DNA of 64,000 bases from Spirochaetales bacterium (GTDB lineage Bacteria > Spirochaetota > Spirochaetia > JABEVK01): the NCBI GenBank assembly GCA_037142615.1, contig JBAXAI010000001.1:384001-448000 (forward strand), in the 5' to 3' direction. Within the stretch, counting starts at the first letter, position 1, and each line of letters opens with the position of its first letter. The notes below the pieces were generated by a model that was given only the letters and a program-made list of their open reading frames with translations, was not told where the DNA came from and did not search any database. The position numbers and the translations under genes are program-made. Of the stretch, positions 39,311 through 49,049 are shown one piece after another.

Positions 39311-40069
39311 TCACAAGCCCCCGAAGCGGTCGAAGGGCCAGTAGGCAAACAGGGCTGTCGCCTTGATCGAGGTTCGCTTTACGACGCCCCAGGATCGCGA
39401 ATCTTCGCCGGCGGTCCGGTTGTCGGCAAGCACGAAGTATTCGTCGGGTCCCAGAACCTTTTCGGACATTGTATCGCCCAGAGGAAAGGTCGACTTCCAG
39501 TTCGTGGGCAACGTGTCCGACTGAATGGTGTAGGTGCGTTTGGACAACTCGTACTCACTCAAAAAGTACGACTCGCCCTTGGGTTTGACCTGCGCCGTGA
39601 AGTGCTCCATCTTGATGGTGTCGCCCGGCAACGCAATCACGCGGCGAAGAACGAACTCCTTATCCCAGTCCGGCCGGTTCATCGTGTCGAGCGAAACAAA
39701 GTTCGCCGTAAAGAAACGGACCAGGTCGTCGCCGGCGGCCACCCAGGGTTGGGCCTGAACGTGGTAGGGAGGTACGAGTTCCACCAACTCGCCGTGCTCC
39801 GGTCCGCGCCAACCCGGAAGTCCGAACGGAAGAAAGGGAATTGTGCTGTTGCCGAAGGGCAAGGGCGACACGACAAGCGAGGTCTCGGGAGCAACCGTAG
39901 GTTGCATCGTGATGGAGTTCCATCGGACTGTCCGCAGAAACAGTGCCCCCAGAACGAGATAGCCGAGGTAGACGAGAAAGAAAATCAGGAACACACGAAA
40001 GAACTGCTCGCGTCGTTTCTTTTGCGTTGTGTAACTTTGATAGCGGCTGAAACTGCCCTTACCGGCCAT
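39311..40069 (-). CDS. lepB: Signal peptidase I homologue with substituted catalytic residues
   Basis: TM helix, SITMQPT (box B), LRRVIALPGD (box D), YFVLADNR..EDSRSWG (box E). Confidence 0.8.
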   Translation of the reverse strand: MAGKGSFSRYQSYTTQKKRREQFFRVFLIFFLVYLGYLVLGALFLRTVRWNSITMQPTVAPETSLVVSPLPFGNSTIPFLPFGLPGWRGPEHGELVELVPPYHVQAQPWVAAGDDLVRFFTANFVSLDTMNRPDWDKEFVLRRVIALPGDTIKMEHFTAQVKPKGESYFLSEYELSKRTYTIQSDTLPTNWKSTFPLGDTMSEKVLGPDEYFVLADNRTAGEDSRSWGVVKRTSIKATALFAYWPFDRFGGL

Positions 40070-40769
40070 GGAAAACCTCCGCCAGGAGACCCTGGAGTTG
40101 CCCGACCCGGACGAGCCGGGGTTGTCCCGCGAGCACGACGCACACCCAGTCCCGGGGAACGAAGGTGCCGAGTTCGCGCCGTTGCGAGGCGCGCAAAGCG
40201 CTGGCATTGTCAGGTTCGTATTGAACCAACACCGTTGCAGAAAGCCGCTCCCACTCTGCCTCGTCGCGCTCCGCTAGGGAGCCTGCTACCTGCGCGTTGT
40301 TCCGATCGGCAGCGGTCGCGGTCAACCCCAACGCGCCGAGCACTTGGGCACGGACCGCTCCGGGAAGCAGCGCTCGGTAGCGGGCCCCAGCGCTAGGAAC
40401 CGGCCCAAAGTAAACTGTGTCGGAGCCCGCAGGGCGAACCCCGGCCCGCCCGTCGCGCCACACAACAATATCGCCGGCTACCCCGACGATCACACCCCGC
40501 TGCCCTCCCACGAAAACTTGCGAGGTCCTGGCATTGTTGGAAAGTCCGCCGAAACGCCAAAAAAAAGCCCGGTCACCTTCGGAATTCTGCACTGTGTCGA
40601 CCAAGAAAACACCCGCCGCCAGAGCCAAAGTGGCAAGGACAACCGTGATCTGCAGAGCATCAAACCAGCGGTTTCTTGGTGGAGCCTCAGGTCGGCGTTT
40701 GGCCAGGCGCGACAGGAGTGAGAGCAGGAACTCGGTGCCGACGACCAGCCGGTTCAGAAACGCGTCCAC
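40059..40769 (-). CDS. Divergent signal-peptidase-I-like membrane protein lacking catalytic boxes
   Basis: Basic N-terminus, TM helix, GDRAFFWRF (box C-like), IVGVAGD (box D-like); tandem with lepB. Confidence 0.5.
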   Translation of the reverse strand: MDAFLNRLVVGTEFLLSLLSRLAKRRPEAPPRNRWFDALQITVVLATLALAAGVFLVDTVQNSEGDRAFFWRFGGLSNNARTSQVFVGGQRGVIVGVAGDIVVWRDGRAGVRPAGSDTVYFGPVPSAGARYRALLPGAVRAQVLGALGLTATAADRNNAQVAGSLAERDEAEWERLSATVLVQYEPDNASALRASQRRELGTFVPRDWVCVVLAGQPRLVRVGQLQGLLAEVFHGR

Positions 40770-40798
40770 GGCCGCACCTTAACACGCAACTGCTTTCA

Positions 40799-40827
40799 TT
40801 GACAAGACAAATTCACCTCCCTATAAT
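40799..40827 (+). promoter_or_regulatory. Perfect sigma70 consensus promoter upstream of the smpB operon
   Basis: TTGACA-N17-TATAAT, 9 nt before ATG 40837. Confidence 0.85.
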
Positions 40828-40836
40828 GGGCAATCC

Positions 40837-42306
40837 ATGAATCCCCAACCCCGCCTGAAACCCTTTTTCGGTATTCCGCCAAAGACTTGGCTGGCCGGGA
40901 TTTACCTCACGGTTACGCTGACGGGACTGTTCTTCCTGGTCTTGTGGAACGGGCTCGCGCATCCGGGAACGCTGTGGACCGTGACCAGCACGCCTCCGGG
41001 GGCTGCGGTCCTATGGAAACAGGCGCCGCTGGGTCAAACTCCCTTGACGGTGTTCCTGCCGGAAGGGTCCGGAGAGCTCCGCGTCGCCAAGCCGTCTTTT
41101 GTACCGTTCCTGCAGAAACTGGACGTGCAGAACTCTCTATTTTTGAGCCTGTTTTGGCCGCGCAAGGCTTCGTTGGACGTTTTTTTGCAGCCCAGGTCGT
41201 CGGAAAGTGTCGCGAGTGATGCGGTGTTCAACATCGGAAGTTGGTCGCTGGCGGCGCCTTTTGACGAGACGAACCCCTTCCCACCGCTTTTCAGCACCTT
41301 GGTTGCCGATGCCAGTTCTGTCGGCATGTCTCCCAAAGCGATTCAGGACCTTCTGCTGCAGTTGCGTCCGTTGGTGGCCGACCCCCAGATGTACGCCGAC
41401 TATGGCAGGGCGCTCGGCCTGTGGACTGACCTTCCTCCTGCTGGATTGCAAGCGCAGGCAAAGTTGTGGACACCGTTGCTGCGGGTCGGCAATACCGAAA
41501 CGACGAGGCTCGTTTTCTGGGTGCTGGCCAACCAGAGTCCCGACGTTCGAAAAGCCGTTCTCGACTCGGGGGGCACGGACTTTCAGGCACTTCGCGAAGC
41601 TTGGCAAAAGAGCATTCTGACGCTCCCCGACGACGCGTTGGTCGTTCCCGCCAAGCCGAGTCAGGGGGAAGTGCGTTTTGTAGCCGTGTCACCGCAATGG
41701 TTCTACTGGGGGCAGTCGGCTGGCAAGCCGGAAATCCCCACGGAGCGTCCGTTCCGCCTTCCGGTACCCGCTCAGACCCGGGCCTTTCTGATCGCGACGC
41801 TTCCGGTCACGCGGGGCGAGTTCGAGGCCTTCGTTGCGGCTAACCCGGAATGGTCCCGAGCCCGAGCCATCGAACTCGGCAGGGCCGATAGCGGATATTT
41901 GGGTTCGGATTCGGCCACCACCTCGGCCACAGCACCGGTCACTCAGGTTTCCTGGTGGGCCGCACAGGCGTATGTGGCGTGGCTGAACGCGTTGGGCCGA
42001 GCCCCTGCGGGCCAGCGGTTCGCGCTTGCCAGCGAATTGGAGTGGGAGTCGGCAGTCCGCCAGATTCCGACGCTTATGAACCCCAAAAAGGCTTTCTGGG
42101 AGTGGACGGCTTCGGCCTACGGAGTCGCTGATCCGTTGGTGTGGGGGCAAAATCCGGTCCCCGAGCTTCCTTACGCGAGCTATGCGCGTACCCTCAAGGG
42201 TGGTTCAGCCCCCTGGTTGCGGGCGGGTGCCGCGGCGACAGCCACCTCTCCCGTTGTGGGCTTTCGATTGACAGTCAGGACATTGCCCCCGGAGGCCAAA
42301 CAATGA
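40837..42306 (+). CDS. PEGA and FGE-sulfatase (SUMF1-like) domain membrane protein
   Basis: VTSTPPGAAV..GQTP (PEGA); PVTQVSWWAAQAYVAWL, LASELEWE, WEWT, VGFRL. Confidence 0.82.
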   Translation: MNPQPRLKPFFGIPPKTWLAGIYLTVTLTGLFFLVLWNGLAHPGTLWTVTSTPPGAAVLWKQAPLGQTPLTVFLPEGSGELRVAKPSFVPFLQKLDVQNSLFLSLFWPRKASLDVFLQPRSSESVASDAVFNIGSWSLAAPFDETNPFPPLFSTLVADASSVGMSPKAIQDLLLQLRPLVADPQMYADYGRALGLWTDLPPAGLQAQAKLWTPLLRVGNTETTRLVFWVLANQSPDVRKAVLDSGGTDFQALREAWQKSILTLPDDALVVPAKPSQGEVRFVAVSPQWFYWGQSAGKPEIPTERPFRLPVPAQTRAFLIATLPVTRGEFEAFVAANPEWSRARAIELGRADSGYLGSDSATTSATAPVTQVSWWAAQAYVAWLNALGRAPAGQRFALASELEWESAVRQIPTLMNPKKAFWEWTASAYGVADPLVWGQNPVPELPYASYARTLKGGSAPWLRAGAAATATSPVVGFRLTVRTLPPEAKQ

Positions 42307-42761
42307 GCGCAACCAAGCTGCTGGCCGACAACCGACGGGCCAGACACGAGTATTTCCTCACCGAGCCTCTCGAATGCGGAATGGTGCTGCTGGGAACCGA
42401 AGTCAAGTCGATGAAAGACGCCCAGTTCAGCTTCAACGACGCCTGGATTGAAATCGATGCGGTAGGCGAGCTTTGGATCCGCAACCTGCACATCAACCCG
42501 TACAAGCAGGCCGGGAAAGACAACAACCATGATCCCGACCGGCGGAAAAAGCTTCTGGCTCAAAAGAAGGAAATCAAGCGCCTGCGTCGCCAGTGCGACG
42601 AAAAGGGCTTCACGCTGATTCCTTCGAACTTCCACCTCAAAAATGGGCGCATCAAAGTCGAAATCTGCCTTGCCAAGGGCAAGAAGGACTACGACAAGCG
42701 CGCCACGATCAAAGAAAAAGACGTCAAGCGCGACCTGGACCGCGAACTGGGCCGCCGTTGA
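42303..42761 (+). CDS. smpB: SsrA-binding protein
   Basis: NRRARHEY, GMVLLGTEVKS, RKKLL, KGKKDYDKR. Confidence 0.97.
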   Translation: MSATKLLADNRRARHEYFLTEPLECGMVLLGTEVKSMKDAQFSFNDAWIEIDAVGELWIRNLHINPYKQAGKDNNHDPDRRKKLLAQKKEIKRLRRQCDEKGFTLIPSNFHLKNGRIKVEICLAKGKKDYDKRATIKEKDVKRDLDRELGRR

Positions 42762-43555
42762 ACCTGTACAACGTCCTCGGAGTCTCCAGCGAGGCCAGTT
42801 CGGCCGAGATCAAGGCGGCTTTCCGCAAACGCATCAAGGAACTGCACCCAGACCTGCAGGCGGCCGGCCAGAAACCCACCCGTGACCCCGACCAGTCTGA
42901 GGTGACGATCCATCAGCTTATCGAGGCCTACGAATTGCTGATGGATCAGGCCCAGCGAGAGGCGTACGACCGGGCGCGGCATACCGCGCCTCGCGAAAGC
43001 GAGTTCAACTACCGGGAATGGCTCAAACAACGGCCCGACGAACTCAGCCGCGCCAAATTGATCTTCTACGACGTGCTGCGCGAGCGCAGCGCCGATGCTG
43101 TGAGCCTCTACCTCAGCATGACCCAGGAAAGGGCTCTCCAGCTGGAAAAACTCCTCGGGCGAGAGGATTTCATGGACTGTGCCTTCATGCTGGCCATGGA
43201 GTTTGAGTCGCAGGAAGACGACCTGCAGGCCATCCAGCTCTACATCCATATCAGCCGGTTGGAACTGGAACGTCCTTTCTTCCGGCACTTCTTCGCCGAG
43301 GTCGAGGAGCGTCTGGTGCGGTTACTCACCCAGAAGCCGATGTTGCCGCTCGATGCGCCCAGCCTGGTCCGCATGCTGGAAGACCTGCAGCGGTATCCCT
43401 TCCATCCTACCGCCAAAGGAAGCTTCCTGATCCGGCAGGCCGAGGTCTATTACCAGTCCGGACAGCGCCTCATGGCGTTCCAGAGTCTCGAGCGGGCCCG
43501 GGCCTACAGTCCCCGCGACAAGCTCATCAGCAAGCTCGAAAAGTCTTGGCGTTGA
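42758..43555 (+). CDS. J-domain (DnaJ-like) protein with TPR-like C-terminus
   Basis: TTG start overlapping the smpB stop; YNVLGV, EIKAAFR, HPD motif, REAYD. Confidence 0.85.
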   Translation: MNLYNVLGVSSEASSAEIKAAFRKRIKELHPDLQAAGQKPTRDPDQSEVTIHQLIEAYELLMDQAQREAYDRARHTAPRESEFNYREWLKQRPDELSRAKLIFYDVLRERSADAVSLYLSMTQERALQLEKLLGREDFMDCAFMLAMEFESQEDDLQAIQLYIHISRLELERPFFRHFFAEVEERLVRLLTQKPMLPLDAPSLVRMLEDLQRYPFHPTAKGSFLIRQAEVYYQSGQRLMAFQSLERARAYSPRDKLISKLEKSWR

Positions 43556-43580
43556 CAGTCTCCAGGCCAAGCAGTAGATT
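43552..43580 (+). promoter_or_regulatory. Sigma70 promoter of tmRNA
   Basis: TTGACA-N17-TAGATT, 10 nt before the mature 5' end. Confidence 0.8.
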
Positions 43581-43590
43581 GAAGGCACTG

Positions 43591-43955
43591 GGGGGTGTCC
43601 CGGTTTCGACGGAAGGATGTCGTGTTCCGGATTGCAGGTAGAGCGTTCATCTCTTTAATCTGAGCAAAAAAACAAAAGCCAAGAACACTGTCGCCTTCAA
43701 CAGCGACGCTCTTGCCCTGGCCGCTTAATTGTAGCCAAGGGTTACGATTGACTTCCGCACTGTAGTCAGCGTAACCCCAACAACCAGTGCTTGATTCCGG
43801 TGGCGTTCAGGACTCCGGAGTGACATTTTCCTGAATTGCGCTCAGGGCGGCAGGCCGGACCACCTACCCCTGAGCTAAGACCAAAGTGCCCGGATACACC
43901 TGTAGATGTTCGTCGCACGCCCTTTCGGACGCGGGTTCGACTCCCGTCACCTCCA
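43591..43955 (+). ncRNA. ssrA: tmRNA; tag peptide AKNTVAFNSDALALAA (43678-43728); CCA not encoded
   Basis: 5' GGGGGTG...TTCGAC pairs with 3' CACCTCCA including the G3:U alanine determinant; T-arm GGGTTCGACTCCC; tag ends ALAA-stop; near smpB. Confidence 0.96.
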
Positions 43956-43960
43956 TCTTT

Positions 43961-44026
43961 TTGGAACAGCTAAGGCCAGCTAAAGCAAGGATTTACTTCT
44001 TGTGAGGCTGGCCTTAGTTGTTTCAA
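43961..44026 (+). terminator. Long inverted repeat directly after the tmRNA (element-supplied terminator-like hairpin)
   Basis: TTGGAACAGCTAAGGCCAGC / GCTGGCCTTAGTTGTTTCAA, 20 bp stem with two G:U pairs. Confidence 0.6.
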
Positions 44027-44093
44027 TTTGGTTGACTTTGCCTCAAGATTACCATAAAATTACCATACGGCCTTTTGCCGGGGTGAGGTGGTC

Positions 44094-45185
44094 ATGAAGC
44101 TCTATTGGTACAAACTGCCCTCCGGCGCAAGGTCGGCCTACATTCAAGACCACAATGGCGGGGAACGGCTGCGGGAGTCGCTGGACATTGTTATACCGGC
44201 GGGTGCCAGCGCGTTCACGGTCAAGGAACTGACCAAGCGGGCCGAGGCGGCTTTCATCGTCCGGGCCGATCAAATACGGGCGGCCCGCAAGGGGCTGTTG
44301 CGGGATGACGCGGTGACGCTGGTCGGGTACGCCGAAACACTGACCGGGAACCGTGACGTGAAAGACCACGTGGTGAGGGTGGTGCCCTTTCTCAAGGAAC
44401 ACTTCGGGACCGTGGAGCTCCGGGCGATAGATTACCGGCATTGTGAGAAGTTCCAAGCCTTCCTTGCCAGCGGGTTCAGCCTTCACAAAGAAGGCAAGCC
44501 GCTGGCACCCAAGACCCAACGGCACTACTTTAATGCCTTGGTGTTCATCCTCAACGAAGCAGTGAAGGACCGGCACCTAGAGAAGAATCCGGCCCTCAAC
44601 GTGAGGCGCGTCCGCGTGCCGGAGAAAGTGGTCATTGCCCTCACCCCGGACGAACTGCAAACCCTTTGGCGCGTGCCTATCGGGGGAACCTTGGGCGCAG
44701 CAGTGAAGCGCGGCTTCTTTGTGTCGGCCAACAGTGGCTTGCGCCTTGGTGACTTGCGCACCCTGCGGTGGGGAGACATCAAGACCGGGCCGGAAGGCTG
44801 GCGGCTGGTGAAGGCACAAGACAAGACCGGCAATCTGGTGACGGTGCCGCTCAACGCCAACGTGAGGGAACTCCTGACCCCATTCTTCACGCTGGACCCC
44901 ACGGCCTTTGTGTTCCCTGAGTTCCAGACCGGCGCGGGTATCTCCAAGTACATGGGGCCTTGGGTGAAGGCGGCGGGCCTGACCAAGCCGGTGACGTTCC
45001 ACACGGCCCGGCACACCTTTGGCACCCTGCTAGCCCAACAGACCGGCGGGAACGCGCGGATGGTTCAAAACCTCATGGGGCACGTCACGGCCAAGATGAC
45101 GGAACACTACACCCAAGCTGCCGGACAAGAAGCGCGGGCCATGGTGGACGGCCTGCCGGACATCAAGAAGTGGGGGACGGCATGA
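44094..45185 (+). CDS. int: Tyrosine integrase with SAM-like core-binding domain
   Basis: SGLRLGD (R), KTG (K), FHTARH (HxxR), LMGH, TEHY (Y). Confidence 0.95.
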   Translation: MKLYWYKLPSGARSAYIQDHNGGERLRESLDIVIPAGASAFTVKELTKRAEAAFIVRADQIRAARKGLLRDDAVTLVGYAETLTGNRDVKDHVVRVVPFLKEHFGTVELRAIDYRHCEKFQAFLASGFSLHKEGKPLAPKTQRHYFNALVFILNEAVKDRHLEKNPALNVRRVRVPEKVVIALTPDELQTLWRVPIGGTLGAAVKRGFFVSANSGLRLGDLRTLRWGDIKTGPEGWRLVKAQDKTGNLVTVPLNANVRELLTPFFTLDPTAFVFPEFQTGAGISKYMGPWVKAAGLTKPVTFHTARHTFGTLLAQQTGGNARMVQNLMGHVTAKMTEHYTQAAGQEARAMVDGLPDIKKWGTA

Positions 45186-45760
45186 AAACAAACCATGAGA
45201 GAACTCCAGACGGTTTTCTTGATGTTGACAGGACCATCCGTGCCGCAGAAAACGCCATCAACATGGAAGAGGGCAGGAAGATTCTCACAGGTGAGATTGC
45301 CCGAATCTCGGCTCTGAAGGCTAGAAGTAGACTTAGGGAACTTTTCCCAGACCCAAACCACGGTAGCGAATGGAATGACGAAAGCCTAGGCTTCCTCTTG
45401 TTGGAAGGTCAAGCCACTAAACAAAGCATGGTGGAAATGGTTGAGGAAGCGTTGGAAACCCTGGCTGAACGACTGAAACTTTTTGAGGAGGCCCTTCCGG
45501 GCTTGTCTAGTTCCATTGAAGAGCCGGATGTAGGACACTTCGTCCTTGCTCCGATTCAGTGGACCGGTGAAAAGATGGACCTAGTGAAGCTGGCCGACGC
45601 AATTGCCCCCTTCCTAAATGTGACCCGTACTGCCTTTCTTGCCCATTTCCTTGACCGACACGGCAAGCCATTTGACCGCTCAGAGTCAGACCTTCTGACC
45701 AAGGCCAAGTCTCCACAATTTTCAGACCAATTGACTGTCGCATTAAGAGGCCGAATCTAG
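45182..45760 (+). CDS. Hypothetical protein with RteC-like motif
   Basis: ATGA overlap with the int stop; IQWTGEKMDLVKL resembles the WTG-x-K-x-(D/A)-L motif I recall for RteC-family proteins. Confidence 0.55.
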   Translation: MKTNHERTPDGFLDVDRTIRAAENAINMEEGRKILTGEIARISALKARSRLRELFPDPNHGSEWNDESLGFLLLEGQATKQSMVEMVEEALETLAERLKLFEEALPGLSSSIEEPDVGHFVLAPIQWTGEKMDLVKLADAIAPFLNVTRTAFLAHFLDRHGKPFDRSESDLLTKAKSPQFSDQLTVALRGRI

Positions 45761-45847
45761 GCTGAAGCGGGACTGAGTCGGACGCTGAACGCAGTCTAGG
45801 CAACTACAGCTAGGTTGATGTCATGGCCACTGTGGAGGGGCCAACAA

Positions 45848-46081
45848 ATGACAGCGCAAGTAATTGCCGATGATGCACCACTGACCCACAAGGAGGCGGC
45901 GGCCTATCTCAAGGTGTCACCGTTCACGCTTCACCGCTGGACAAGCAAAGGGCTGATTCCTTTCTACAAGCCAAACGGGCGAACGAACTACTTCAAACGG
46001 ACGGATTTGGACGCGTTCGTTTTTCGTAACCGAAGTGCGGCGAAATATGAACTTGTCACTTCCAAAGGTGGCCGGAAATGA
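45848..46081 (+). CDS. Excisionase-like helix-turn-helix protein (HTH_17)
   Basis: LTHKEAAAYLKVSPFTLHRW...IPFYKP..GR..YFKRTDL; GGAGGGG RBS. Confidence 0.9.
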   Translation: MTAQVIADDAPLTHKEAAAYLKVSPFTLHRWTSKGLIPFYKPNGRTNYFKRTDLDAFVFRNRSAAKYELVTSKGGRK

Positions 46082-46620
46082 CCTGCCACAGCTACCGCTT
46101 CACGCTCAAGGAAGGGATGCACTTGGGCAGGCCGATAACGGGAACGTTTGAGCTGGTCCACAACGGAGCGGAACCCTACCCTCACTTCAGCCACAAGGCG
46201 AAGCGGTCCGGCGAGGTTACGATCACTAAGAGCCGCAACCCGGACAATTCACCGCGTGCCGGTGAGTGGATTCTCAACCGGCCAAAGACTGGCCCGGAAG
46301 ACAAGGGGAGCCGACTCACGGCCCTCTTCTGTCTCAATCCAGAGTGGCCCGGATGCTTCCTTGGTGACTCTCCAGATCGGCTTGACGTGTGGCTGGTCCA
46401 GTTTGACCATGACGGCAAAGGCCTCACAATTCACGTTCTGCCGGGACGGTTCCAAGACCGTGACGCGCTGTTTGCACACTGGACGGAAGGCAACCTTGAC
46501 GGCGTACCGGAACCAACCAAGGAACCCCGGAAAGCCCTGAGTGTCTATAACAATGTCCAGCCGGATACAGAAACTGAGACCCGAAACCCTGCCCGGCCCG
46601 CTCTGGTTCACGGTGTTTGA
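46078..46620 (+). CDS. Hypothetical protein of the integrative element
   Basis: 180 aa ORF overlapping its neighbours at both ends (ATGA; GTGTTTGA). Confidence 0.7.
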   Translation: MTCHSYRFTLKEGMHLGRPITGTFELVHNGAEPYPHFSHKAKRSGEVTITKSRNPDNSPRAGEWILNRPKTGPEDKGSRLTALFCLNPEWPGCFLGDSPDRLDVWLVQFDHDGKGLTIHVLPGRFQDRDALFAHWTEGNLDGVPEPTKEPRKALSVYNNVQPDTETETRNPARPALVHGV

Positions 46621-47488
46621 CCTCAGTTTGATAACCTTGCCCGGAGCCTTCACACTGCCCACTCAAGCGGTCATCCGCAACGAAACGGTGGGGAGTCTCC
46701 GGGCTTCTTTGGACGGCCTCACCCTCAATCTCACCCCGGACGGCCTGCGGATCTATGGGAGCATTGCCAAGTTCTACCGTGGGGAAAACGTGGGAGAGAT
46801 GACGCGCGGCACACTGCGGGAAGCCTTTGACAAGTTGGAGGCGGCCTTGGGGTTTTCGGTGGGCAGCGGTACCATCCGCGTGCTGGAGGTGGGCCACACC
46901 CTGACCGTGGACTACCCTGCCGCGTGGTACACGGCACTATGGGAGCCTGTACCACGATTTCGCCAGTACACGGAAGGGAACGGCCTCACGGTCGGTTTCC
47001 GCAACAGCCGATGGAGCTACCAGGGCTACGACAAAGGGCGGGAGACTCTGGCCGGTGACGTGCCCGAACTCTATCGTGGCCGCAACCTCCTGCGCCTAGA
47101 GCTAAAACTCCACAACGCCATGAGTGAGGTAATGGGCGGGCCTCTCACCGTGGAAAGATTGATGACGCCGGAGGTGTACCGTAACTTGCTCCAGCGGTGG
47201 AAAGGTTGGTACTTTCGGATACCCAAGGCACGCATCCCTAGGCCGGTGTTTGACGCCGGGGTCAAGGAACTGGTCAAGAGCCTTGCCGCGTGCCAGGTAA
47301 AGAACATGGGCGGGCTGGACACCCTCTTGCTGGACCTTTCCAAGCGTTCCGACCTGAGCAAAGTACAGAAGAGCCGGGCGCGGCAGGAACTGCGGGATCT
47401 GACCCAAGACGTCGTGTTCACCGACCCGGACGAGCTGACCACGGAGCTGGACCGCAAAGTGCGGACGGCGGCAATGCACTCACGTTGA
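46613..47488 (+). CDS. Rolling-circle replication initiator, phage gene II/X (Rep_trans-like) family
   Basis: GSIAKFYRGEN, RVLEVG, YDKGRE (candidate catalytic Tyr), NLLRLELK; GTG start (MFD) overlapping the upstream stop. Confidence 0.75.
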   Translation: MFDLSLITLPGAFTLPTQAVIRNETVGSLRASLDGLTLNLTPDGLRIYGSIAKFYRGENVGEMTRGTLREAFDKLEAALGFSVGSGTIRVLEVGHTLTVDYPAAWYTALWEPVPRFRQYTEGNGLTVGFRNSRWSYQGYDKGRETLAGDVPELYRGRNLLRLELKLHNAMSEVMGGPLTVERLMTPEVYRNLLQRWKGWYFRIPKARIPRPVFDAGVKELVKSLAACQVKNMGGLDTLLLDLSKRSDLSKVQKSRARQELRDLTQDVVFTDPDELTTELDRKVRTAAMHSR

Positions 47489-47527
47489 CGCTACAAACGA
47501 GATTGAAACGTGGTAAAATACAAAATC

Positions 47528-47980
47528 ATGAACCGTAGCGGTACACTGGCAAACTTGAGGCCGTTCACGGCAGAGAACCAACCACCAAATCGTGGTAGAA
47601 AACCTTCGCTCTTGAAGGGGCTCACGGCGCGCTCAAACATAGCCGCGTCCGACATACGAAACGCGATCATAGCTATAGCCTTTGACAAGACTGAAGCCGA
47701 AGTCATTGCGCTTGCCAAAGACCTGTCCCAACCAATCTTTATCCGAACCATCTGCTCCGCACTAGAGCAAGACTTTCTCCGTGGTAAAACCAACAACATA
47801 GAGTGGATGCTTGAGCGGGTCGTAGGTAGGGTTGCCCTAACAAGGGAGCCTCAAGAGCCAGAACAAGACCAACTCAGTCACAAGATGAACCATGAAGAGT
47901 GGGAAGCGTTTCAACAGAACGTTAGGTTACTTTTTCGGAATCCGGACGATGAAACTAGAGAAAGTCACCAGAATACCTAG
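47528..47980 (+). CDS. Terminase small subunit-like protein (DUF5681-type N-terminus)
   Basis: NLRPFTAENQPPNRGRKPS N-terminal motif, then helical region ending MLERVVGR. Confidence 0.55.
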   Translation: MNRSGTLANLRPFTAENQPPNRGRKPSLLKGLTARSNIAASDIRNAIIAIAFDKTEAEVIALAKDLSQPIFIRTICSALEQDFLRGKTNNIEWMLERVVGRVALTREPQEPEQDQLSHKMNHEEWEAFQQNVRLLFRNPDDETRESHQNT

Positions 47981-48113
47981 TACCATCCAAAAAACGGTGG
48001 ACTTTTCTAGCTAAACTTCATAGCGAATGACCTGACCCGTGATTTGGCACCAGTTAGGCTGAGAGGGTCGAAGGCCATTGGCGGCAGACCCCCTCAACGT
48101 CAATGGAGCGGAT

Positions 48114-49049
48114 TCACGGGGTCCGGTCACGAATGACTAGGATCGTGTCATCCTTAACCTCTGGGTGCATCTCAATATCCTCACCTGTTACCGTCAAGTT
48201 TAGGGAGACGTCCCCTAGCCTAGATACCCTTGGAGCCTTGTCTCTGAAGAAGTTCGCATCGGCTACAAACTTCTGCCAATCTGCCGCAAAGCGCGTAGCA
48301 TCCGTACCGTATAGGCTTGCCCTAAACGGCAGGACAGTCTTGTAGTCTCGGTTGGATCGCCCAAGCCCGCCCGGCTGTACGGCCCCGAAATACAGTGGCA
48401 ACGAATCTGGAAACTGAAAGTAACCTGTAACCTGAGTTTCAATCAACGTTGGCATTTGGGGGTCATCCTTTGGAAGTTCGATATTGGTGAAGAGCGCAAT
48501 TCTAAACTGAAGCTCCGGTCCAAATGTCGAATTGGAGAATCCACCGACGGTTTCCATGTCGGTCTCTGCGTAGTAGTTGCGACTCTTTCCAGAAACTATC
48601 ATTCTTCGCATGGGAACAAAGTCGGCGCTAAATGTACCAACCTCTTTGTATGTGCTTAAGAATGGATAACCGGGACTCACAAGCCTTCCTGCTTCAAAGA
48701 TAAAGTCGGCACGTCTGAAAAACCAGTACACTTCAGTGAACACGGACTCATCGCCTTGCTTAGTGGAGAGATGATAGGTAACTTCTATCGCAGGTGCACC
48801 TTGGTAGTCAGCTAAAGATTTACCAGTGATACTTCCAACGAAGTACCCCTTGAGTTGGCTGACTTGAGATGGGTCAGTAATTTTGGAAATGTCAGAGTTT
48901 AGGTTGTAGACCCTACCCTTCACACGGTCGAAAGTAGTCAAGAAATCAGCCACGTCTGGCGTTACAGAAAAGATAGAATGCCCAGTCGTCGTACATGAAA
49001 AAAAGAGGGTTGCAAATGTCAACAGCACTAACGTGCGCACGAAGGTCAT
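48114..49049 (-). CDS. Putative lipoprotein (element cargo)
   Basis: MTFVRTLVLLTFATLFFS|C spirochaete-style lipobox; lower GC. Confidence 0.7.
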   Translation of the reverse strand: MTFVRTLVLLTFATLFFSCTTTGHSIFSVTPDVADFLTTFDRVKGRVYNLNSDISKITDPSQVSQLKGYFVGSITGKSLADYQGAPAIEVTYHLSTKQGDESVFTEVYWFFRRADFIFEAGRLVSPGYPFLSTYKEVGTFSADFVPMRRMIVSGKSRNYYAETDMETVGGFSNSTFGPELQFRIALFTNIELPKDDPQMPTLIETQVTGYFQFPDSLPLYFGAVQPGGLGRSNRDYKTVLPFRASLYGTDATRFAADWQKFVADANFFRDKAPRVSRLGDVSLNLTVTGEDIEMHPEVKDDTILVIRDRTP

